From: Eledone cirrhosa
Lineage: Eukaryota
Direction: 5' to 3'
DNA: 64,000 nt
Assembly: GCA_964016885.1 (NCBI GenBank)
Contig: OZ024744.1
Location: forward strand, 20,336,001-20,400,000
The position numbers and the translations under genes are program-made. The notes below the pieces were generated by a model that worked only from the letters and a program-made list of their open reading frames with translations, was not told the origin of the DNA and searched no databases. This document shows positions 57,410 through 64,000 of the stretch, piece after piece. Positions within the stretch are counted from its first letter, which is position 1. Each line of letters starts with the position of its first letter.

Positions 57410-60400
57410 CTCGTTTTAACAACAGTTGAATCTTAAGAACTGACTCGTTTTAACAATAGTTGAATCTTATGAACTGACTCATTTTAACAACAGTTGAATC
57501 TTAATATAACATTCGTTTTAACAACAGTTGAATCTTAAGAACTGACTCGTTTTAACAACAGTTGAATCTTCAAATAAAACTCGATTTAACAACAGTTGAA
57601 TCTTAAGAACTGACTCGTTTTAACAACTGTTGAATCTGAAGATAAAACTCGTCTTAACAACAGTTGAATCTTAAGAACTGACTCGTTTTATCAACAGTTC
57701 AACCTTAAGAACTAACTCGTTTTAACAACAGTTGAATCATCAAATCAAACTCGTTCTAACAACAGTTGAATCTTAAGAACTGACTCGTTTTAACAACAGT
57801 TGAGTCTTAAGATAAAACTCGTTTTAAAAACAGTTGAATCTTAAGAACTGACTTGTTTTAACATCAGTTCAACCTTAAGAGCTGACTCGTTTAACAACAG
57901 TTGAAAATTAAGAACTGACTCGTTTTAACAATAGTTGAATCTTAAGATAAAACTAGTTTTAACAACAGTTGAATCTTAAGAACTGACTCGTTTTAACAAC
58001 AGTTGAATGTTAAGATAAAACTCGTTTTAACAATAGTTGAATCTTAAGAACTGACTCGTTTTAACAACAGTTGAATCTTAAGTTAAAACTCGTTTTAACA
58101 ACAGTTGAATCTTAAGAACTGACTCGTTTTAACAACAGTTGAATCTTAAGATAAAACTCGTTTTAACAACAGTTGAATCTTAAGAACTGACTCGTTTTAA
58201 CAACAGATGAATCTTAAGATAAAACTCGTTTTAACAACAGTTGAATCTTAAGAACTGACTTGTTTTATCAACAGTTCAACCGTACGAACTGACTCGTTTT
58301 AACAACAGTTGAATCTTCAAATAAAACTCGTTTTAACAACAGTTGAATCTTAAGAAATGACTCGTTTTAACAACAGTTGAATCTTAAGATAAAACTCGTT
58401 TTAACAACAGTTATATCTTAAGAACTGACTCGTTTTAACAACAGCTGAATCTTAAGATAAAACTCGTTTTAACAACAGTTGAATGTTTAAGAACTGACTT
58501 GTTTTATGAACAGTTCAACCGTACGAACTAACTCGTTTTAACAACAGTTGAATGTTCAAATAAAACTCGTTTTAACAACAGTTGAATCTTAAGAACTGAC
58601 TCGTTTTAACAACAGTTGAATCTTAAGAACTGACTCGTTTTAACAACATTTAAATCTAAATAACTGACTCGTTTTAACAACAGTTGAATGTTAAGATAAA
58701 ACTCGTTTTAACAACAGTTGAATCTTAAGAACTGACTCGTTTTAACAACAGCTGAATCTTAAGATAACATTCGTTTTAACAACAGTTGAATCTTAAGAAC
58801 TGATTCTTTTTAACAACAGTTGAATCTTAAGATAAAACTCGTTTTAACAACAGTTGAATCTTAAGAACTGACTCGTTTTAACAACAGCTGAATCTTAAGA
58901 TAAAACTCGTTTTAACAACAGTTGAATCTAAAGAACTGACTCGTTTTATCAACAGTTCAACCTTAAGAACTGATTCCTTTTAACAACAGTTGAATCTTAA
59001 GAACTGACTCGTTTTAACAACAGTTGAATCTTAAGGACTGACTCGTTTTAACAACAGTTGAATCTTATGAACTGACTCATTTTAACAACAATTGAATCTT
59101 AAGATAACATTCGTTTTAACAACAGTTGAATCTTAAGAACTGACTCGTTTTATCAACAGTTCAACCTTAAGAAGTAACTCGTTTTAACAACAGTTGAATC
59201 ATCAAATCAAACTCGTTCTAACAACAGTTGAATCTTAAGAACTGACTCGTTGTAACAACAGTTGAGTCTTAAGATAAAACTCGTTTTAAAAACATTGAAT
59301 CTTAAGAACTGACTCATTTTAACAACAGTTGAATCTTAAGATAAAACTCGTTTTAACAACAGTTGAATCTTAAGAACTGACTCGTTTTAACAACAGCTGA
59401 ATCTTAAGATAAAACTCGTTTTAACAACAGTTGAATCTTAAGAACTGACTTGTTTTAACATCAGTTCAACCTTAAGAGCTGACTCGTTTAACAACAGTTG
59501 AATCTTCAAATAAAACTCGTTTTAACAACAGTTGAAAATTAAGAACTGACTCGTTTTAACAACAGTTGAATCTTAAGAGAAAACTAGTTTTAACAACAGT
59601 TGAATCTTAAGAACTGACTCGTTTTAACAACAGTTGAATGTTAAGATAAAACTCGTTTTAACAATAGTTGAATCTTAAGAACTGACTCGTTTTAACAACA
59701 GTTGAATCTTAAGATAAAACTCGTTTTACCAACTGTGGAATCTTAAGAACTGACTCGTTTTAACAACAGTTGAATCTTAAGACAAAACTCGTTTTACCAA
59801 CAGTTGAATCTTAAGAACTGACTTGTTCTAACAACAGTTCAGCCTTAAGAACTGACTCGTTTTAAAACAGTTGAATTGTTAGAACTGACTCGTTTTAACA
59901 ACAGTTGAATCTTAAGATAAACCTTGTTTTAACAACAGTTGAATCTTAAGAACTGACTCGTTTTAACAACAGTTAAATCTTAATAACTGACTCGTTTTAA
60001 CAACAGTTGAATGTTAAGATAAAACTCGTTTTAACAATAGTTGAATCTTAAGAACTGACTCGTTTTAACAACAGTTGAATCTTAAGATAAAACTCGTTTT
60101 AACAACTGTTGAATCTTAAGAACTGACTCGTTTTAACAACAGCTGAATCTTAAGATAAAACTCGTTTTAACAACAGTTGAATCTTAAGAACTGACTCGTT
60201 TTAACAACAGTTGAATCTTCAAATAAAACTCGTTTTAACAACAGTTGAATCTTAAGAACTGACTCGTTTTAACAACAGTTGAATGTTAAGATAAAACTCG
60301 TTTTAACAATAGTTGAATCTTAAGAACTGACTCGTTTTAACAACAGTTGAATGTTAAGATAAAACTCGTTTTAACAACAGTTGAATCTTAAGAACTGACT

Positions 60401-63400
60401 CGTTTTAACAACAGCTGAATCTTAAGATAAAACTCGTTTTAACAACAGTTCAAACTTAAGAACTGACTCGTTTTAACAAAAGTTGAATCTTATGAACTCA
60501 TTCATTTTAACAACAGTTGAATCTTAAGATAACATTCGTTTTAACAACAGTTGAATCTTAAGAACTGATTCGTTTTAACAACAGTTGAATCTTAAGAACA
60601 GACTCGTTTTAACAACAGTTGAATCTTAAAGATAAAACTCGTTTCAACAACAGTTGAATCTTAAAGATAAAACTCGTTTCAACAACAGTTGAATCTTAAG
60701 AACTGACTCGTTTTAACAACAGCTGAATCTTAAGAACTGACTCGTTTTAACAACAGTTGAATCTTAAGAACTGACTCGTTTTAACAATAGTTGAATCTTA
60801 TGAACTGACTCATTTTAACAACAGTTGAATCTTAATATAACATTCGTTTTAACAACAGTTGAATCTTAAGAACTGACTCGTTTTAACAACAGTTGAATCT
60901 TCAAATAAAACTCGATTTAACAACAGTTGAATCTTAAGAACTGACTCGTTTTAACAACTGTTGAATCTGAAGATAAAACTCGTCTTAACAACAGTTGAAT
61001 CTTAAGAACTGACTCGTTTTATCAACAGTTCAACCTTAAGAACTAACTCGTTTTAACAACAGTTGAATCATCAAATCAAACTCGTTCTAACAACAGTTGA
61101 ATCTTAAGAACTGACTCGTTTTAACAACAGTTGAGTCTTAAGATAAAACTCGTTTTAAAAACAGTTGAATCTTAAGAACTGACTTGTTTTAACATCAGTT
61201 CAACCTTAAGAGCTGACTCGTTTAACAACAGTTGAAAATTAAGAACTGACTCGTTTTAACAATAGTTGAATCTTAAGATAAAACTAGTTTTAACAACAGT
61301 TGAATCTTAAGAACTGACTCGTTTTAACAACAGTTGAATGTTAAGATAAAACTCGTTTTAACAATAGTTGAATCTTAAGAACTGACTCGTTTTAACAACA
61401 GTTGAATCTTAAGTTAAAACTCGTTTTAACAACAGTTGAATCTTAAGAACTGACTCGTTTTAACAACAGTTGAATCTTAAGATAAAACTCGTTTTAACAA
61501 CAGTTGAATCTTAAGAACTGACTCGTTTTAACAACAGATGAATCTTAAGATAAAACTTGTTTTAACAACAGTTGAATCTTAAGAACTGACTTGTTTTATC
61601 AACAGTTCAACCGTACGAACTGACTCGTTTTAACAACAGTTGAATCTTCAAATAAAACTCGTTTTAACAACAGTTGAATCTTAAGAAATGACTCGTTTTA
61701 ACAACAGTTGAATCTTAAGATAAAACTCGTTTTAACAACAGTTACATCTTAAGAACTGACTCGTTTTAACAACAGCTGAATCTTAAGATAAAACTCGTTT
61801 TAACAACAGTTGAATGTTTAAGAACTGACTTGTTTTATGAACAGTTCAACCGTACGAACTAACTCGTTTTAACAACAGTTGAATGTTCAAATAAAACTCG
61901 TTTTAACAACAGTTGAATCTTAAGAACTGACTCGTTTTAACAACAGTTGAATCTTAAGAACTGACTCGTTTTAACAACAGTTAAATCTAAATAACTGACT
62001 CGTTTTAACAACAGTTGAATGTTAAGATAAAACTCGTTTTAACAACAGTTGAATCTTAAGAACTGACTCGTTTTAACAACAGCTGAATCTTAAGATAACA
62101 TTCGTTTTAACAACAGTTGAATCTTAAGAACTGATTCTTTTTAACAACAGTTGAATCTTAAGATAAAACTCGTTTTAACAACAGTTGAATCTTAAGAACT
62201 GACTCGTTTTAACAACAGCTGAATCTTAAGATAAAACTCGTTTTAACAACAGTTGAATCTAAAGAACTGACTCGTTTTATCAACAGTTCAACCTTAAGAA
62301 CTGATTCCTTTTAACAACAGTTGAATCTTAAGAACTGACTCGTTTTAACAACAGTTGAATCTTAAGGACTGACTCGTTTTAACAACAGTTGAATCTTATG
62401 AACTGACTCATTTTAACAACAATTGAATCTTAAGATAACATTCGTTTTAACAACAGTTGAATCTTAAGAACTGACTCGTTTTATCAACAGTTCAACCTTA
62501 AGAAGTAACTCGTTTTAACAACAGTTGAATCATCAAATCAAACTCGTTCTAACAACAGTTGAATCTTAAGAACTGACTCGTTGTAACAACAGTTGAGTCT
62601 TAAGATAAAACTCGTTTTAAAAACATTGAATCTTAAGAACTGACTCATTTTAACAACAGTTGAATCTTAAGATAAAACTCGTTTTAACAACAGTTGAATC
62701 TTAAGAACTGACTCGTTTTAACAACAGCTGAATCTTAAGATAAAACTCGTTTTAACAACAGTTGAATCTTAAGAACTGACTTGTTTTAACATCAGTTCAA
62801 CCTTAAGAGCTGACTCGTTTAACAACAGTTGAATCTTCAAATAAAACTCGTTTTAACAACAGTTGAAAATTAAGAACTGACTCGTTTTAACAACAGTTGA
62901 ATCTTAAGAGAAAACTAGTTTTAACAACAGTTGAATCTTAAGAACTGACTCGTTTTAACAACAGTTGAATGTTAAGATAAAACTCGTTTTAACAATAGTT
63001 GAATCTTAAGAACTGACTCGTTTTAACAACAGTTGAATCTTAAGATAAAACTCGTTTTACCAACTGTGGAATCTTAAGAACTGACTCTTTTTAACAACAG
63101 TTGAATCTTAAGACAAAACTCGTTTTACCAACAGTTGAATCTTAAGAACTGACTTGTTCTAACAACAGTTCAGCCTTAAGAACTGACTCGTTTTAAAACA
63201 GTTGAATTGTTAGAACTGACTCGTTTTAACAACAGTTGAATCTTAAGATAAACCTTGTTTTAACAACAGTTGAATCTTAAGAACTGACTCGTTTTAACAA
63301 CAGTTAAATCTTAATAACTGACTCGTTTTAACAACAGTTGAATGTTAAGATAAAACTCGTTTTAACAATAGTTGAATCTTAAGAACTGACTCGTTTTAAC

Positions 63401-64000
63401 AACAGTTGAATCTTAAGATAAAACTCGTTTTAACAACTGTTGAATCTTAAGAACTGACTCGTTTTAACAACAGCTGAATCTTAAGATAAAACTCGTTTTA
63501 ACAACAGTTGAATCTTAAGAACTGACTCGTTTTAACAACAGTTGAATCTTCAAATAAAACTCGTTTTAACAACAGTTGAATCTTAAGAACTGACTCGTTT
63601 TAACAACAGTTGAATGTTAAGATAAAACTCGTTTTAACAATAGTTGAATCTTAAGAACTGACTCGTTTTAACAACAGTTGAATGTTAAGATAAAACTCGT
63701 TTTAACAACAGTTGAATCTTAAGAACTGACTCGTTTTAACAACAGCTGAATCTTAAGATAAAACTCGTTTTAACAACAGTTCAAACTTAAGAACTGACTC
63801 GTTTTAACAAAAGTTGAATCTTATGAACTCATTCATTTTAACAACAGTTGAATCTTAAGATAACATTCGTTTTAACAACAGTTGAATCTTAAGAACTAAT
63901 TCGTTTTAACAACAGTTGAATCTTAAGAACAGACTCGTTTTAACAACAGTTGAATCTTAAAGATAAAACTCGTTTCAACAACAGTTGAATCTTAAAGATA
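57410..64000. repeat. Tandem duplication with a 3331-bp period (98 monomers minus 1 bp), the second copy running off the window end
   Basis: Markers AGTTAAAACT 58081/61412, AACATTGAAT 59291/62622, AACTGTGGAA 59731/63062, TTGAATTGTT 59871/63202. Confidence 0.9.

Larger units (their letters stand above)
1..64000. repeat. Satellite DNA array of 34-bp monomers, mostly arranged as a 68-bp A/B dimer, about 1,880 monomers, open at both window ends
   Basis: TTTTAACAA starts at 1, 35 and 69 and keeps recurring at this spacing to the end of the window. Consensus is TTTTAACAACAGTTGAATCTTAAG(AACTG|ATAAA)ACTCG. All copies seen are in one orientation, with no unique sequence between them. Confidence 0.98.

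Noticed and set aside
1-64000. Protein-coding repeat or any substantial ORF
   Set aside because: The 34-bp unit is not a multiple of 3 and carries two TTAA motifs (TAA on both strands) plus TGA codons, so all six frames close within about three monomers.
1-64000. Information-bearing code in the A/B order or variant order
   Set aside because: The order is explained by default alternation plus in-register duplications and deletions. Nothing in the window suggests a readout mechanism.
1-64000. Telomeric repeat, plasmid iterons, integron attC array, or piggyBac insertion at TTAA sites
   Set aside because: There is no G-rich telomere-like strand, no rep or integrase gene, no cassettes between repeats, and no inserted element at any TTAA that I could see.
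1-64000. Whole window as an assembly or sequencing concatemer artefact
   Set aside because: Linked multi-base variants, nested duplications and regional subfamilies indicate an evolved array. Individual near-identical duplications still need read-level confirmation.

Overview
The whole 64 kb window is one uninterrupted, head-to-tail, AT-rich (about 29% GC from the consensus) tandem-repeat array of roughly 1,880 monomers of 34 bp. Two monomer types mostly alternate to form a 68-bp dimer: type A is TTTTAACAACAGTTGAATCTTAAG-AACTG-ACTCG and type B is TTTTAACAACAGTTGAATCTTAAG-ATAAA-ACTCG. I see no genes, RNA genes, transposon insertions, inversions or CRISPR spacers. It looks like eukaryotic satellite DNA, possibly (peri)centromeric, but I cannot name the family or organism. 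The interest lies in its internal structure. There is a hidden 17-bp half-unit and dense dyad symmetry, and several recurrent variants preserve or create palindromes, including CTTAAG->CGTAAG->CGTACG. Overlapping kilobase-scale duplications occur with periods of about 0.9-4.4 kb, all near multiples of 34, rather than one fixed higher-order repeat. Variant composition shifts at about 17-22 kb, and left-type blocks reappear near 60 kb. Offsets were read by eye from rare marker variants, so block boundaries are approximate.
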